Below are positions 1 to 10,934 of a DNA stretch of 64,000 nt, piece after piece. This DNA is from Roseicyclus sp. Its GTDB lineage: Bacteria > Pseudomonadota > Alphaproteobacteria > Rhodobacterales > Rhodobacteraceae. Each line of letters opens with the position of its first letter. Position 1 is the first letter of the stretch. Made by a program: the position numbers and the translations under genes. The notes beneath the pieces were generated by a model. The model did no database searches. It saw nothing but the letters and a program-made list of their open reading frames with translations, and had not been told where the DNA came from. The stretch lies in the NCBI RefSeq assembly GCF_018402035.1, contig NZ_JAGYJN010000001.1, positions 746,327-810,326 on the forward strand, read 5' to 3'.

Positions 1-219
<219 letters not shown>

Positions 220-228
220 CTAGGTAGT

Positions 229-681
229 ATGCCCTTTGACCGCTTTCCAGTCCGAATTGCCGGGCTTGCGGTAAGCTATAAATGTTCTATCTTTGTTCTC
301 ATGGAGCCACAGATTTCCCAGCCCGCATGGCCACGCCCGCCCGTGTGCCTGCCCCATCACATGCTGCATTTGCCGCCCGAAGGGGCGCGGGTGGCGGTGG
401 CGGGTCTTGTCTTGGTGCGCCAACGCCCCGGCACGGCCAAGGGCGTGATCTTCATCACCCTCGAGGATGAGTTCGGGGTGTGCAATGTGATCGTCTGGCA
501 GAAAATCTATCAACGCTTCCGCCGCGCGGTGATCGCGGGGCGGCTGTTGCGGGTGACAGGCCGAATGCAGCGCCAATCAGGCGTCACCCATGTGGTGGCC
601 GAGGAGGTCGAGGATATCTCGGCGATGCTTGACGAATTGGTGCGGCTGCATGAACCGGCACGCGCCGCCGATCAGCCCTGA
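229..681 (+). pseudogene. dnaE2: C-terminal remnant of error-prone DNA polymerase III alpha subunit (DnaE2-like OB-fold end only)
   Basis: In this 150-aa ORF, the segment [77 protein letters not shown] matches the conserved extreme C-terminus of DnaE2/DnaE. A full gene is over 1000 codons, but the frame is closed by TGA at 205-207 and the upstream DNA encodes a divergent ferredoxin. Confidence 0.6.
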
Positions 682-761
682 AAAAGCCAATGCTTTCACG
701 AGCGCCGCAAACAGGCTATCTTTGGCGACAAGATAAAACCGCGCAGCGAGCAGTCACACCT

Positions 762-1322
762 ATGCGCCTGACCATTCTTTGCCCGGGGCTTTTGGCCCTT
801 GCCGCCTGCATGCCGGCAGGCCAACCGGATGCATTCGCCAACCCCTTGGTCGCGGGTGACGCAGCGGTCGAGGTCTTGCGCGGCGCAGGCCCGCCCAATG
901 CCGACCCGATGGCCTGCTATGGGCGCAAATCGACCCCGGCGGTGATTGAAACCGTGACCGAACAGGTGATGGTGCAGCCGCCCCAAATCGGCACTGACGG
1001 CGTTGTGCGCGAACATGCGATTTTCGTGACCGAGACGCATCAGCGCATCGTCACCGAGCGGCGCGAGCTTTGGTTCGAGGTGCCTTGCGCATTGGAAGCG
1101 GGCGATCGCGATTTCATCGCCTCGCTGCAACGTGCGCTCAGCGCGCGCGGGCTTTATGCCGGGCCTGTGACGGGCGAGATGAACCGCCGCACAGCGCGCG
1201 CGGTCCGCGCGTTTCAAGCGCCGCAGGGCCTTGATAGCGAGATCTTGTCACTGGCCGCAGCCCAACAGCTTGGCTTGGCGCTGTGGAACCCACGGCTGGC
1301 GGCGGGTGGCGAAACGGGCTGA
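762..1322 (+). CDS. lipoprotein with C-terminal peptidoglycan-binding domain
   Basis: ORF 690..1322; the internal ATG at 762 gives MRLTILCPGLLALAAC, a signal peptide with a lipobox. The C-terminal LQRALSARGLYAGPVTGEMNRRTARAVRAFQ resembles a PG_binding_1 repeat. Confidence 0.6.
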   Translation: MRLTILCPGLLALAACMPAGQPDAFANPLVAGDAAVEVLRGAGPPNADPMACYGRKSTPAVIETVTEQVMVQPPQIGTDGVVREHAIFVTETHQRIVTERRELWFEVPCALEAGDRDFIASLQRALSARGLYAGPVTGEMNRRTARAVRAFQAPQGLDSEILSLAAAQQLGLALWNPRLAAGGETG

Positions 1323-1345
1323 ACGCGCGGGGGAAGGCCAAAAGA

Positions 1346-1373
1346 AAACCCCCGGACCAAGGCCCGGGGGTTT
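1346..1373. terminator. GC-rich hairpin between convergent genes (bidirectional terminator candidate)
   Basis: AAACCCCCGG (1346-1355) pairs with CCGGGGGTTT (1364-1373) across an 8-nt loop. It sits between the stop at 1322 (+) and the stop at 1395 (-). Confidence 0.55.
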
Positions 1374-1394
1374 GCAGGCACAAGCGTGCTATTA

Positions 1395-2888
1395 TCAGTC
1401 GGCCAAGCTCAGCGCGACAAAGCGGGGGTTGCCCGCGCGCCGGATCAGCAGCAGCACGGATTTCTGCCCATTCTCGGTCGCGGCCTGCACGCTGGCTTGA
1501 AAACTTGCCACATCGCTGACGGGTTGTTGGGCAACTTCGGTGATCACATCATCCACGGCCAAGCCTTTGGTCGCGGCGTCCGAGGCAGGATCGACCGCTT
1601 CGATCACCAGCCCCGCCATGCCCTGCGCAAGCCCAAGCTGGCCGCGTCTCTCATCGGTCAGCGGTGCCAGCGTCATGCCCAAGACTTGGGTAGGTGCTGG
1701 CGGCGTGACCTGCGCATCAGGGGTGGCCGCAGCCATACCTTCGGCGGTTTCACGACGGCCAAGGGTGATGGCCAAGATCTCGGCCGCGCCTTCGCGCACC
1801 ACCTCGACCGGCACGGTCTGACCTTCGGCACGCTCACCGACGATGCGCACCAATTCGCGCGTGTCGTCGATGGCCTCTCCATCGAAGCTAAGGATGACAT
1901 CGCCCACTTTCATGCCGCCTGCGCGGGCGGGGCCTTCGGGCACATCGGTGATCAAAGCGCCGCGCGCCTCGGCCAAGCCCAGCCCATCGGCCAGTTCGGG
2001 GGTGACATCTTGGATGCGCACACCCAGCCAACCGCGCCGTGTTTCGCCAAATTCGCGCAGCTGTGCGACAACATTGGTCACAACGGCCGAGGACATGGCA
2101 AAGCCGATCCCGATCGAGCCACCCGTGGGCGACAAGATCGCGGTGTTCACACCGATCACCTCGCCTGCCATATTGAACAGCGGGCCGCCGGAATTGCCGC
2201 GGTTGATCGCGGCATCGGTCTGGATGTAATCGTCATAGCTGCCCGACAGCGCGCGACCCGCGGCCGACACGATGCCGACCGAGACCGAAAAGCCCTGCCC
2301 CAAGGGGTTGCCCATGGCCATGACCCAGTCACCGACCCGCATCGCGGTGCTATCGCCGAAATCGACGAAGGGCAGCGGCGCATCGGCCGTGACCTTGAGC
2401 ACGGCGATATCGGTATTGGGATCGGTGCCGACCAATTCCGCCTCAAGGGTAAAGCCCGCGCGAAACTCGATGGTGATCTCATCGGCGCCTTCGATGACAT
2501 GGTTATTCGTCACGATGTAGCCATCGTCGGAGATCAAGAAGCCCGAGCCCAGCGCTTGGCTGCGGCGCGGTCCACGATCCGGGCTTTGCCGGTCGAGGAA
2601 TTCATTAAAGAAATCCTCCAATGGTGAGCCCTCGGGCACAACCGGGGCCGGGCCTTGGCGGCTGGCCACGATGGATGAGGTGGTGATGTTGACCACCGCA
2701 TCACCCACCTGATCGACAAGATCGGCAAATGTCGCGGGCGGCGCGGATTGCGCGCGTGCAGGTACGATGCCGATGAGCATGGTCATCACCAAGATCACGC
2801 TCATCAATGCCGCAATCGCCATGCGCGAGCGCGCAAGGGTGCTGTCATGTCGCGCGATGACCGCGCTGTCGCGGCGCGGTGTGCGCAT
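1395..2888 (-). CDS. htrA: periplasmic serine endoprotease, DegP/HtrA (Do) family, two PDZ domains
   Basis: Catalytic-triad context GSGFLISDDGYIVTNNHVIEG ... DIAVLKV ... GNSGGPLFN, followed by two PDZ-like repeats. I placed the start at the internal ATG 2888 (MRTPRR... then the TM/signal segment AIAALMSVILVMTMLIGIVPARA). The ORF-track start at 3071 overlaps the neighbouring gene. Confidence 0.85.
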   Translation of the reverse strand: MRTPRRDSAVIARHDSTLARSRMAIAALMSVILVMTMLIGIVPARAQSAPPATFADLVDQVGDAVVNITTSSIVASRQGPAPVVPEGSPLEDFFNEFLDRQSPDRGPRRSQALGSGFLISDDGYIVTNNHVIEGADEITIEFRAGFTLEAELVGTDPNTDIAVLKVTADAPLPFVDFGDSTAMRVGDWVMAMGNPLGQGFSVSVGIVSAAGRALSGSYDDYIQTDAAINRGNSGGPLFNMAGEVIGVNTAILSPTGGSIGIGFAMSSAVVTNVVAQLREFGETRRGWLGVRIQDVTPELADGLGLAEARGALITDVPEGPARAGGMKVGDVILSFDGEAIDDTRELVRIVGERAEGQTVPVEVVREGAAEILAITLGRRETAEGMAAATPDAQVTPPAPTQVLGMTLAPLTDERRGQLGLAQGMAGLVIEAVDPASDAATKGLAVDDVITEVAQQPVSDVASFQASVQAATENGQKSVLLLIRRAGNPRFVALSLAD

Positions 2889-3046
2889 AGGGGCTTGCAA
2901 GATCGTCACGTTTTCCTCCTGTCCAAGCCATGAGGCGCGCAAAACCCGCGCGCCCTCATCACATATTTGGGCCAAATTCGCCCGGATCAATCCCATCGGC
3001 GCGAATTGCGCGCGCGCCCCTGTCACATCGTCGTGACGCCGCACCG

Positions 3047-3244
3047 CTAAAGCCCCGCGCTGACCGCCCATGAGATCAGCACGACCCCAACCGTCATCGC
3101 CGACAACCCGATCAGGCGGCGCGTCTCGACCGGGATTTGGTTCATCAGCCGCAGCAGATCGTCCAGACGCGAAGGGGCCAGTGCGAACACCAGCCCCTCA
3201 AACACCAGCACCATGCCGAGCCCCAGCAAAAGCATCAGGCCCAC
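3047..3244 (-). CDS. small membrane protein (DUF2065-like), typical partner downstream of hflKC
   Basis: 65 aa with two hydrophobic helices. Its position directly after hflC matches the hflK-hflC-DUF2065-htrA arrangement as I remember it. Confidence 0.6.
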   Translation of the reverse strand: MGLMLLLGLGMVLVFEGLVFALAPSRLDDLLRLMNQIPVETRRLIGLSAMTVGVVLISWAVSAGL

Positions 3245-3256
3245 AGCCCCGGCCCC

Positions 3257-4150
3257 TTACTGGAAGGGTGCCGGCACAGCCGAGCCGGAATTCCCCAGAA
3301 ACTCGAAGAATTCGCTGTCGGGCGAGATCACCATGGTCGAATTCTGCCCCATCAGCGCCCGCTCATAGGCGGCCATCGAACGGTAGAATTCAAAGAAATC
3401 GGGATCTTGCCCAAAGGCTGCGGCAAAGATGCCGTTGCGCTGTGCATCGGCCTCACCGCGGGCGATATCGGCCTCGCGGCTTGCATCCGAGACAAGCTCG
3501 ACCACGGTTCGGTCGGCTTGGGCGCGCACACGCTGCGCGGCTTCTTCACCGCGCGCGATTTCATCTGCGGCTTCGCGTTCACGCTCGGCGCGCATCCGTG
3601 CATAGGTCGCTTCAAGGTTTTGCACGGGCAGGTTGGTCTGCTTGAGCCGCACATCAAGGATGTCGATCCCCAAGGCCAGCGCGCTTGACCGCGCCCCGTC
3701 GCGGATCCGCTCGGCCAACATGGCGCGTCCCGGCGACAAGATCGTGTCCGATGTCACCTGATCAGCACCCAAGGTTTCGCGGATTTGCGCATTCAGGATC
3801 GACGACAGCCGATCCTCCGCCGCGCGCAGACCACCAACACCCACCGCTTGGCGGAATTGCACCACATCGGCGATCCGGTACCGCGCGAATGCATCGACCA
3901 CAAGACGACGGTCATCGGATGGCGTGACTTCGATCGTGTCGGTATCGAGCGCGAGGATACGCGCATCGTAATAGACCACCTCTTGGATGAAGGGGATCTT
4001 GAAGTTCAGCCCCGGCTCTTCGACGACCTGACGGATTTGGCCGAATTGCAAGACCAAGGCCCGTTCACGTTCGTCGACCACGAAGATCGCGCTCAGCGCC
4101 AAGGAAATAAGCAAGACGACGGCGGGAATGAGATATGTCAAACGGCGCAT
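3257..4150 (-). CDS. hflC: protease modulator HflC (SPFH/band-7)
   Basis: 297 aa with an N-terminal TM and an SPFH domain. The start overlaps the hflK stop (TGATG at 4148-4152). Confidence 0.85.
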   Translation of the reverse strand: MRRLTYLIPAVVLLISLALSAIFVVDERERALVLQFGQIRQVVEEPGLNFKIPFIQEVVYYDARILALDTDTIEVTPSDDRRLVVDAFARYRIADVVQFRQAVGVGGLRAAEDRLSSILNAQIRETLGADQVTSDTILSPGRAMLAERIRDGARSSALALGIDILDVRLKQTNLPVQNLEATYARMRAEREREAADEIARGEEAAQRVRAQADRTVVELVSDASREADIARGEADAQRNGIFAAAFGQDPDFFEFYRSMAAYERALMGQNSTMVISPDSEFFEFLGNSGSAVPAPFQ

Positions 4151-5316
4151 CAGTTGCTGCTCCCCGTGATGGTGGCGGTTCCGGTGGTACTGCGGCGCAG
4201 GTCATTGAGCGGCAGATAGGGCACGACGCCCTGACCGCCCGCACCGCCGGGTGCATCAAGGATCACCAGATCCACATCGCCCAGCACCCGCTCCATGGTC
4301 TCAAGGTAAAGACGGCGGCGGGTGACATCGGGTGCGCCACGGTATTCGTCAAGAACGGCGAGGAAGCGGCTGGCTTCACCCTCGGCCTCGTTGACGACGC
4401 GCGCGCGGTAGCCTTCAGCTTGTTCAAGGATCTGGGCGGCTTCACCGCGTGCGCCTGCCAAAACCCGGTTGGCATAAGCATCGGCTTGGCGTTCGAGGCG
4501 GTCGCGCTCTTGCTCGGCGGCCTGCACTTCGCGGAAGGCATCGATCACCTCGGCGGGCGGGTCGGCCCGGTCAAGGTTCACACGCACGATGGTAATGCCC
4601 GCATCATAGCCGTTCAAAGTCGACTGAATACCCTCGCGCACACCATCGGCGATCAGGCCACGATCCCGGTTGAGGATCGGGGCAAGCTCGGTGCGCGCGA
4701 TGATCTCGCGCATGGTCGATTCCGCCACGGCGCGCACGGTGGCCGCGCCATCACGCAAATTGAACAGGAATTTCGCCGGATCATTGATGTTCCAGACAAC
4801 CTGAAAATCGATATCGACGATATTGGCGTCCGTCGTCAGCATCAGCCCGCTTGAGCCGCCAACGCGGTTGGAGACGATGTCGCCAACATCTTCGGTCCGT
4901 TCCGAGGTGACATTGACCACCTCGGCGGTGACGACCGGCCATGGCGCAAAGTTCAAACCGGGCGATCCGATGGACGAGAATTCACCCAAGAACAATTCAA
5001 CCGACTGCTCTTCCGGGCGGACGGTGTAAAACGAATTATAAAGCCAAAGCCCCACAACCGCGACGAGCCCCAAGGCCCAGATCGTGCGCGGGCTGACCGG
5101 CAAATCGCCGCCACCCGTGCCGCCGCCGCCTGCGCGGCCACCGCGCCCGCCCATCAAAAGGCGAAGCTGTTCTTGCCCCTTGCGCACGATCTCGTCGAGT
5201 TCGGGGATCTGCTGATCGCCGCCACGCGGCGGACGCCCATTCGACCCGTTCCCTCCGCGATTGTCACCGCCACCAGAGCCACCACCGCCCCAGGGTCCGC
5301 CACTATTGCCAGCCAT
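4150..5316 (-). CDS. hflK: protease modulator HflK (SPFH/band-7)
   Basis: 388 aa with a Gly-rich N-terminus (GGPWGGGGSGGG), a TM segment and an SPFH domain, followed by hflC. Confidence 0.85.
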   Translation of the reverse strand: MAGNSGGPWGGGGSGGGDNRGGNGSNGRPPRGGDQQIPELDEIVRKGQEQLRLLMGGRGGRAGGGGTGGGDLPVSPRTIWALGLVAVVGLWLYNSFYTVRPEEQSVELFLGEFSSIGSPGLNFAPWPVVTAEVVNVTSERTEDVGDIVSNRVGGSSGLMLTTDANIVDIDFQVVWNINDPAKFLFNLRDGAATVRAVAESTMREIIARTELAPILNRDRGLIADGVREGIQSTLNGYDAGITIVRVNLDRADPPAEVIDAFREVQAAEQERDRLERQADAYANRVLAGARGEAAQILEQAEGYRARVVNEAEGEASRFLAVLDEYRGAPDVTRRRLYLETMERVLGDVDLVILDAPGGAGGQGVVPYLPLNDLRRSTTGTATITGSSN

Positions 5317-5414
5317 CGATTTTTGTTCCCCTCACAAATCAGATCGTCGTCAAACATGCATATGGGGGCTTGCGCCCCGACTTACACGCCAAGCTGGGGG
5401 TTTTTGCCCCAATA

Positions 5415-6776
5415 TCAAGCCATGCGCACCGGCGTTTTCATCGTGACCAATTCTTCGGACATGGTCGGATGCACCGCAACCGTGCGGTCAAAGTCTTCTT
5501 TTGTAGCGCCCATCTTGATCGCAATGCCCGCAAGCTGGATCATTTCGCCCGCCTGTGGCGCGACGATATGACAGCCCAAAACCTTGCGCGTCGCCTGGCT
5601 GACCACCAGTTTCATCATCACCCGATCCGCGCGCCCGGCAAAAGCGGTCTGCATCGGGCGAAAGGATGTGGCGTAAATCTCCACCGGCTCTTGCGCGCGC
5701 GCGGCCTCCTCGGACAGGCCCACGGTGCCAAACTCGGGCTGGGTGAACACCGCCGAGGGGATCAGCGCGTGATCGACCGGCGTGGGATTGCCCTTGAACA
5801 CGGTTTCGACAAACCCCATCGCCTCGCGGATCGCGACAGGGGTCAGCGTCACCCGGTTGGTCACATCACCGATGGCATAGATCGAGGGGATGTTGGTTTG
5901 CGAATATTCATCAACCACGATCTCGCCCTGTCGGCCCAGCGCCACGCCCAGATCATCAAGCCCCAGATCGCGTGTATTGGGCGTGCGGCCCGTGGCAAAC
6001 AGAACCGCGTCAAAGGTGCTGTCCGATCCGTTCGACCCCTTGACCCTGATCGCGCCATCCGCTGCGGGGTTCATCTCAACAATATCGGTGCCAAGATGCA
6101 GATCGACACCTTTTTCGCCCATCATCTCGGCGATCAGCCCGCGCGCCTCATCGTCAAAGCCGCGCAAGATCTGCGCGCCGCGATAAAACTGCGTCACGGC
6201 CACACCCAGACCGTTCAGGATGCCCGCGAATTCACAGGCGATATAGCCGCCCCCAACGATCAAGATCGACCGCGGTAGCTGTTTCATCTGGAAAATATCA
6301 TCCGACACCATCCCCAAATGTGCATTGGGCATATCGGGGCGGACCGGGCGCCCCCCTGTCGCGATCAAGATGTGCTTGGCGGTAACGTGCCGCCCATCGG
6401 CCAGTGCAACGGTATGGGGGTCGGCCAAAGCTGCGCGCAGATCGAAGATCTCAACGCCCGATCCGTTCAAGAGCTTGCGATAGACACCTTCCAGGCGGTC
6501 CAACTCGGCATCCAACTGCCCCGAAAACCGCGACCAATCAAATGCGCCCTCGGTCAAATCCCAGCCATAGGCGCGCGCATCAGCGAAACCTTCGCGATAG
6601 GCGCTGGCGAAAACCATCAGCTTTTTCGGCACGCAGCCCCGGATCACGCAGGTGCCGCCCATGCGGCTATCCTCGGCCAGACCGACCCGCGCACCGGTCG
6701 CGGCGGCCACCCGCGCGGCGCGCACACCGCCCGAGCCACCGCCAATCACGAAAAGATCATAGTCGAAATCGCTCAT
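5415..6776 (-). CDS. gor: glutathione-disulfide reductase
   Basis: MSDFDYDLFVIGGGSGGVRAARVAA..GGTCVIRGCVPKKLM (redox-active CxxxxC) and C-terminal HPTMSEELVTM. The start is the ATG at 6776; the longer ORF-track N-terminus is Arg/Ser-rich and looks spurious. Confidence 0.85.
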   Translation of the reverse strand: MSDFDYDLFVIGGGSGGVRAARVAAATGARVGLAEDSRMGGTCVIRGCVPKKLMVFASAYREGFADARAYGWDLTEGAFDWSRFSGQLDAELDRLEGVYRKLLNGSGVEIFDLRAALADPHTVALADGRHVTAKHILIATGGRPVRPDMPNAHLGMVSDDIFQMKQLPRSILIVGGGYIACEFAGILNGLGVAVTQFYRGAQILRGFDDEARGLIAEMMGEKGVDLHLGTDIVEMNPAADGAIRVKGSNGSDSTFDAVLFATGRTPNTRDLGLDDLGVALGRQGEIVVDEYSQTNIPSIYAIGDVTNRVTLTPVAIREAMGFVETVFKGNPTPVDHALIPSAVFTQPEFGTVGLSEEAARAQEPVEIYATSFRPMQTAFAGRADRVMMKLVVSQATRKVLGCHIVAPQAGEMIQLAGIAIKMGATKEDFDRTVAVHPTMSEELVTMKTPVRMA

Positions 6777-6858
6777 CTTGCCCTGCCACCCCTTGGGCGC
6801 ATCGCGCCGCTCAATCTGCGTGAAAATGGCCCGCCTGTCGCCCCGCGACCGGCCCCGC

Positions 6859-7647
6859 CTATTCCGCCTTATCGACGAAAAGGTTCTCGGTATCGGCGAT
6901 ATCGATACGCTCATGGGCAACGGTGCCATTGTTGATATCACGCACCTCGACCGTGCCGTCGGGTTTGCCGATCACGATCACATCGCAGATATCAAGGAAT
7001 AGCCCGTTTTCCACCACGCCCGGGATCTGGTTCAGCACAAGGCTAAGTTGCGTGGGGTTGGCGATGCGGCGCAGATGCAGGTCAAGAATATAGTTTCCCT
7101 CATCGGTCTTGAACGGCGTGGCACCGTTCAATCGCAAGCTGGCCGAGCGGCCCAAAACATCGACATTGGACAGCATTTCCTCGATCAGCGCCTTGGTCGT
7201 TTGCCACCCGAAAGGGATCACCTCCACCGGCAGCGGGAAAGCCCCAAGGCTATCGACCTGCTTGGAAGGATCGGCGATCACAATCATCTGGTCCGAGGCG
7301 GTCGCCACGATCTTTTCTTGCAACAGCGCGCCACCGCCACCTTTGATCAGGTTGAGATTGGCGTCATATTCATCGGCCCCGTCGATGGTCAGATCAAGCC
7401 AACGCACCTCGTCAAGCGTTTTGACCGTCAGCCCCACCTCGGCGGCAAGCTGTGCGGTGCGCGTCGAGGTTGCGACACCGGTGATCTTCATCCCGTCTTC
7501 GCGCACCAATTCGCCCAAGCAGCGCACCATCCATGCCGCCGTAGAGCCGGTGCCAAGGCCTACCCGCATCCCGTCTTCCACGAAATCCACAGCACGGCGC
7601 GCAGCCACATATTTGGCCTTATCGATGGGCGAAAGCTCGGCGGTCAT
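6859..7647 (-). CDS. rpiA: ribose-5-phosphate isomerase A
   Basis: GLGTGSTAAWMV, DGADE and KGGGGALLQEKIVA motifs; 262 aa. Confidence 0.9.
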   Translation of the reverse strand: MTAELSPIDKAKYVAARRAVDFVEDGMRVGLGTGSTAAWMVRCLGELVREDGMKITGVATSTRTAQLAAEVGLTVKTLDEVRWLDLTIDGADEYDANLNLIKGGGGALLQEKIVATASDQMIVIADPSKQVDSLGAFPLPVEVIPFGWQTTKALIEEMLSNVDVLGRSASLRLNGATPFKTDEGNYILDLHLRRIANPTQLSLVLNQIPGVVENGLFLDICDVIVIGKPDGTVEVRDINNGTVAHERIDIADTENLFVDKAE

Positions 7648-7686
7648 GAGGTTAGATCACTCCTGAAAGGCTTGGATTGATGTTAT

Positions 7687-8406
7687 TCATACCCAAGCAG
7701 CACCCGTGGCACGAGACCAAACTGACGCTTCACGCATTGCTTGTGCCACTGCCGCAAGATGGTCACGCGGCAAGATGACCAACATCCCCGGCGCATCGAA
7801 ACGCAGATCAACCACACCGCCCCGCGTCATGTTCGAGGTGCCGATCTTGCGCGCCGGATGAAATGCAAGCCCGTCGATGGGCCAAACCAAGCCCGCGCTT
7901 TGCCCCGTGACATCACCGAGCGGAAACAGCGACAGCCGCGTCTGCGCAGGCAGATCAAGCACCAGACGCGGTGGCGCATGCACCACCAGATCATGCGCCC
8001 CCAAAACGATGCAACGCACATCGGCACGCATCGCAAGCCCATGATATACGGCCAATTCATGATCGACACGGTCGCCGGAAAAACCAAGCGCGATCACTAT
8101 CGGCGCTTGGATGTGGCGCAGCGCCTTGTCGAAATCGGTGCTGTCTTGCTCGGCCAAGACATGAATACGCTCGGGCGGGATGGCCGCGCGCATCTCGGCG
8201 CTCAGGCTGTCCATATCGCCATAGACCGCCAAGGGCAGATGTCCCGCCGCAACCGCATGCCCTGCCCCGCCATCGGCTGCGACCAGATCGGGGGCAAAGG
8301 CCAGCGCCAGATCCAGATCGGCGCGCGCCACGGCCCCCCCGCCCAAGAGCGTCACCGCCCGCTTGGTGTGAAACAGTGGTGCATGGGGTGGCACATTATT
8401 GCCCAT
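7687..8406 (-). CDS. thiamine pyrophosphokinase
   Basis: [20 protein letters not shown] and [12 protein letters not shown] motifs. ATG at 8406 is preceded by GGAG; the ORF-track start at 8436 is a TTG. Confidence 0.75.
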   Translation of the reverse strand: MGNNVPPHAPLFHTKRAVTLLGGGAVARADLDLALAFAPDLVAADGGAGHAVAAGHLPLAVYGDMDSLSAEMRAAIPPERIHVLAEQDSTDFDKALRHIQAPIVIALGFSGDRVDHELAVYHGLAMRADVRCIVLGAHDLVVHAPPRLVLDLPAQTRLSLFPLGDVTGQSAGLVWPIDGLAFHPARKIGTSNMTRGGVVDLRFDAPGMLVILPRDHLAAVAQAMREASVWSRATGAAWV

Positions 8407-8528
8407 ATTCGGAAGAATCTCCTTTGAAATGCCCAATTACGGTCGCCTTTGTGGGGAATCACTTTGGCACGATGAACGCAATGAGTAAAAAATACCGGCA
8501 TAGCCCGGTCGAGCAGAGTACGAGCCCC

Positions 8529-10625
8529 ATGAGTGACGCGAACAAGATCTTGACGGTGTCCTACGGCACCTTCTCATGTACCCTCGAAGGCTTTGAAAAT
8601 CCATTCGAGGCGATGAAGGCAATCGCTGAATATTTCCGCGATCTGGCTGCCGAGGACCGCTATTTCGGTGCCGAGCCGCCGACCCCCGACACCGATATGC
8701 TGCAGCGCATCACCGAGGCCGCGATTCAGCGCCGGGTCGAGGCGCGGATCATGGAATCGGGCCTCTTGCTGCGCGCCCAGCCCGAGGCGTCCGAAACAAT
8801 CGCCGAACCTGCCCCGGCCAAGATGCAACCGGACCAGCCTGCGCAAATCGCCGATGCGGATTTGGCCGATGAGCCCCCGGCATTGGCCGAAACAGCCCCA
8901 GAGGCAGCGGTCGCGGTAGCGCATGTCGAAGCTGCACCAGTACATGCCGCGCAAACAGAGCTAGAATTAGCGGCAGAGGCAAAGGCAGAGGCAAAAACCC
9001 GAGAGGCAGAAATTGCCCCAGCACCCGAGGTCGTGGACGCGCCCGAACCAGCCTGCATCGCCGACACGCAACCCGCGATCGAACAGGCCGCCCCCCTCCC
9101 CATCGAAGAAGCAATCATTCAAGCCGTCACAAACACCCCCGACGCGCCACACACCGCCGCGGATGACGCAGATTTGCAGGCCACGCTGGCCGCTTTGGCT
9201 GCTGATGCATTCCCCGAAATCGCCATTTCCGATGTGCCTGCACAAACTGTCGATGTCGCGGATCATCTCGCGGGGGGTGAGGAAACGCTGGCCGCTGTCG
9301 TCGCAGCCTTGGCCGAGGACGCGACACATGCGCCCGATCAAGCACCAACCACGCCCAGCCCAGCCGAAGAGACAGGCACGGCTGAAGCAGCGTTCTATGC
9401 AAGCGTTGCGCAAGATGGCGCGACACTCGACCATAGGTCGCTTTTTGATGATGTCTCCGCGATGGATGGGGCCGCTGTCGCCGACCGTCTGGCCCGTATT
9501 CGCCGCACCACCACCCATGAGGGTGATATAGGTGAAGTGGACGCCGCCGACACCGCGCTATCCGATGCGCAACAAGATACAGTGGCGGTGGACCTTGCGG
9601 ATCAGCCCATGGCCCCCGCGCAAGATCTTGCCCCCGCCCCAATGCCTGCCAAGGTCGCAGGATTAGACACCTATGATGCTGATTTTGAGGATGATAACGC
9701 GCCGACCGATGATGATGCGGCCATTACCGCCGCCATCACAGCCGCCACGGCGCGCGAGATTGCCCCGGCACCTCAGACCGAAATCCTCAGCGACATCGGC
9801 GCGCCACAGGCGGCTGACCGCCTGTTTGCCGCCACCGAAAACCATATGAGCCACGCCGATACGACCCGCCGCAGGGCCAATATCTCCCATCTCAAGGCCG
9901 CCGTGGCCGCGCGCAGCGCCGAGCGCGAACTCGCCCCCGAGGCTGAGAATGCCGAAGACGACACTGTCGAATACCGCGAGGATTTGGCGCAAGTGATGCA
10001 CCCGCGCCGTGTCCGCGTCGATGTCACCCGCCGCAGCGAGACACCCCGGCCTTCCCCGCTGATCTTGGTCTCTGAACAGCGCATCGACGATATCGCGCAG
10101 CTTGCCGCAGGTGAGCCTGTCCGCCCGCGCCGCGTCATCGCCGGCGAGACGGCCCACGCCGCCCCGCCTTTGGCTGAGCCTCCACGCAGCACCACCCAAA
10201 CGCCCGGTGCGATCGGCAATAGCCTTGCGCAATTGGCCCAGCGCGCCAGCGTGATCATGCAGCTACGCCGCAGCGAGGATATCGCCATTGCCGATGCGCC
10301 TGCACCCGCCGATGCCGCCGCGCAAAGCGACCTTGCACCCGCGCAAGCGGTGTTTGGCCCCGAACATGCGGAACATTTCGCGCAAATTCTCGACAAAAGC
10401 GACGCGGTCGAAATTGACGAGGTGATCGAGCTGGCAGCGCGCTATGCCCAAGGTGTCTTTGGCACCGGCACCTTTGAGCGGACCCAGCTTTTCCGCATGA
10501 TCGCCGATGCGACCGACCAATCCATCAGCCGCGAGGATATGCTGCACTGCTTTGGCGAAATGATGAACGATGCCCGCATCGAGCGTGTCGCGCGCGGCGC
10601 GTTTCGCCTGTCGCAAGCGCAGTAA
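8529..10625 (+). CDS. conserved acidic Ala/Asp/Glu/Pro-rich protein of unknown function
   Basis: The globular N-terminus ([47 protein letters not shown]) and C-terminus are separated by about 500 aa of acidic low-complexity sequence. Alternative ATGs exist at 8472 and 8481. The ORF-track start at 7971 runs antisense through the kinase gene and is rejected. Confidence 0.6.
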   Translation: MSDANKILTVSYGTFSCTLEGFENPFEAMKAIAEYFRDLAAEDRYFGAEPPTPDTDMLQRITEAAIQRRVEARIMESGLLLRAQPEASETIAEPAPAKMQPDQPAQIADADLADEPPALAETAPEAAVAVAHVEAAPVHAAQTELELAAEAKAEAKTREAEIAPAPEVVDAPEPACIADTQPAIEQAAPLPIEEAIIQAVTNTPDAPHTAADDADLQATLAALAADAFPEIAISDVPAQTVDVADHLAGGEETLAAVVAALAEDATHAPDQAPTTPSPAEETGTAEAAFYASVAQDGATLDHRSLFDDVSAMDGAAVADRLARIRRTTTHEGDIGEVDAADTALSDAQQDTVAVDLADQPMAPAQDLAPAPMPAKVAGLDTYDADFEDDNAPTDDDAAITAAITAATAREIAPAPQTEILSDIGAPQAADRLFAATENHMSHADTTRRRANISHLKAAVAARSAERELAPEAENAEDDTVEYREDLAQVMHPRRVRVDVTRRSETPRPSPLILVSEQRIDDIAQLAAGEPVRPRRVIAGETAHAAPPLAEPPRSTTQTPGAIGNSLAQLAQRASVIMQLRRSEDIAIADAPAPADAAAQSDLAPAQAVFGPEHAEHFAQILDKSDAVEIDEVIELAARYAQGVFGTGTFERTQLFRMIADATDQSISREDMLHCFGEMMNDARIERVARGAFRLSQAQ

Positions 10626-10640
10626 GCGCGATTCACGAAA

Positions 10641-10677
10641 ATGGCCCCGCGGCTTTGCAGCGCGGGGCCATTCTTTT
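10641..10677 (+). terminator. rho-independent terminator candidate
   Basis: ATGGCCCCGCG (10641-10651) pairs with CGCGGGGCCAT (10661-10671), followed by TTCTTTT. Confidence 0.6.
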
Positions 10678-10692
10678 ACAAAAACCGTTCTA

Positions 10693-10920
10693 TCACTCGT
10701 CGCGCGGCGCGTCGGGATCGGCCTGACCAACACCCTTGAAGACCGCCTTGAACGGCAAGACCCACAAGATGCCCAGCACGATGTAAATCGCGAATTCCAG
10801 CCAGATACCGGGCCGCTCAAACAGGCTCATCACCCACCACGCCACGGCGATATAGGCGGGCATGCCCACCAACAGGATCAAAAGCGACAACCGTCGCCGT
10901 GTCTTATATGTCAACGCCAT
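10693..10920 (-). CDS. small two-TM membrane protein (DUF2842-like)
   Basis: MALTYKTRRRLSLLILLVGMPAYIAVAWW... has two hydrophobic helices, and the gene lies immediately downstream of purA. ATG at 10920. Confidence 0.55.
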   Translation of the reverse strand: MALTYKTRRRLSLLILLVGMPAYIAVAWWVMSLFERPGIWLEFAIYIVLGILWVLPFKAVFKGVGQADPDAPRDE

Positions 10921-10934
10921 GGGCCCTCGTCCGG

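Noticed and set aside
1386-2627. 413-aa plus-strand ORF antisense to htrA
   Set aside because: It lies entirely opposite a gene with clear protease and PDZ motifs. Its translation is Arg/Gly/His/Asp-rich low-complexity sequence, typical of spurious antisense frames in high-GC DNA.
7971-8528. N-terminal 186 codons of the 884-aa ORF-track call (7971-10625)
   Set aside because: This part runs antisense through the thiamine pyrophosphokinase gene and translates to Arg/Pro/His-rich sequence. The recognisable protein begins at the [13 protein letters not shown] start (8529) or slightly upstream.
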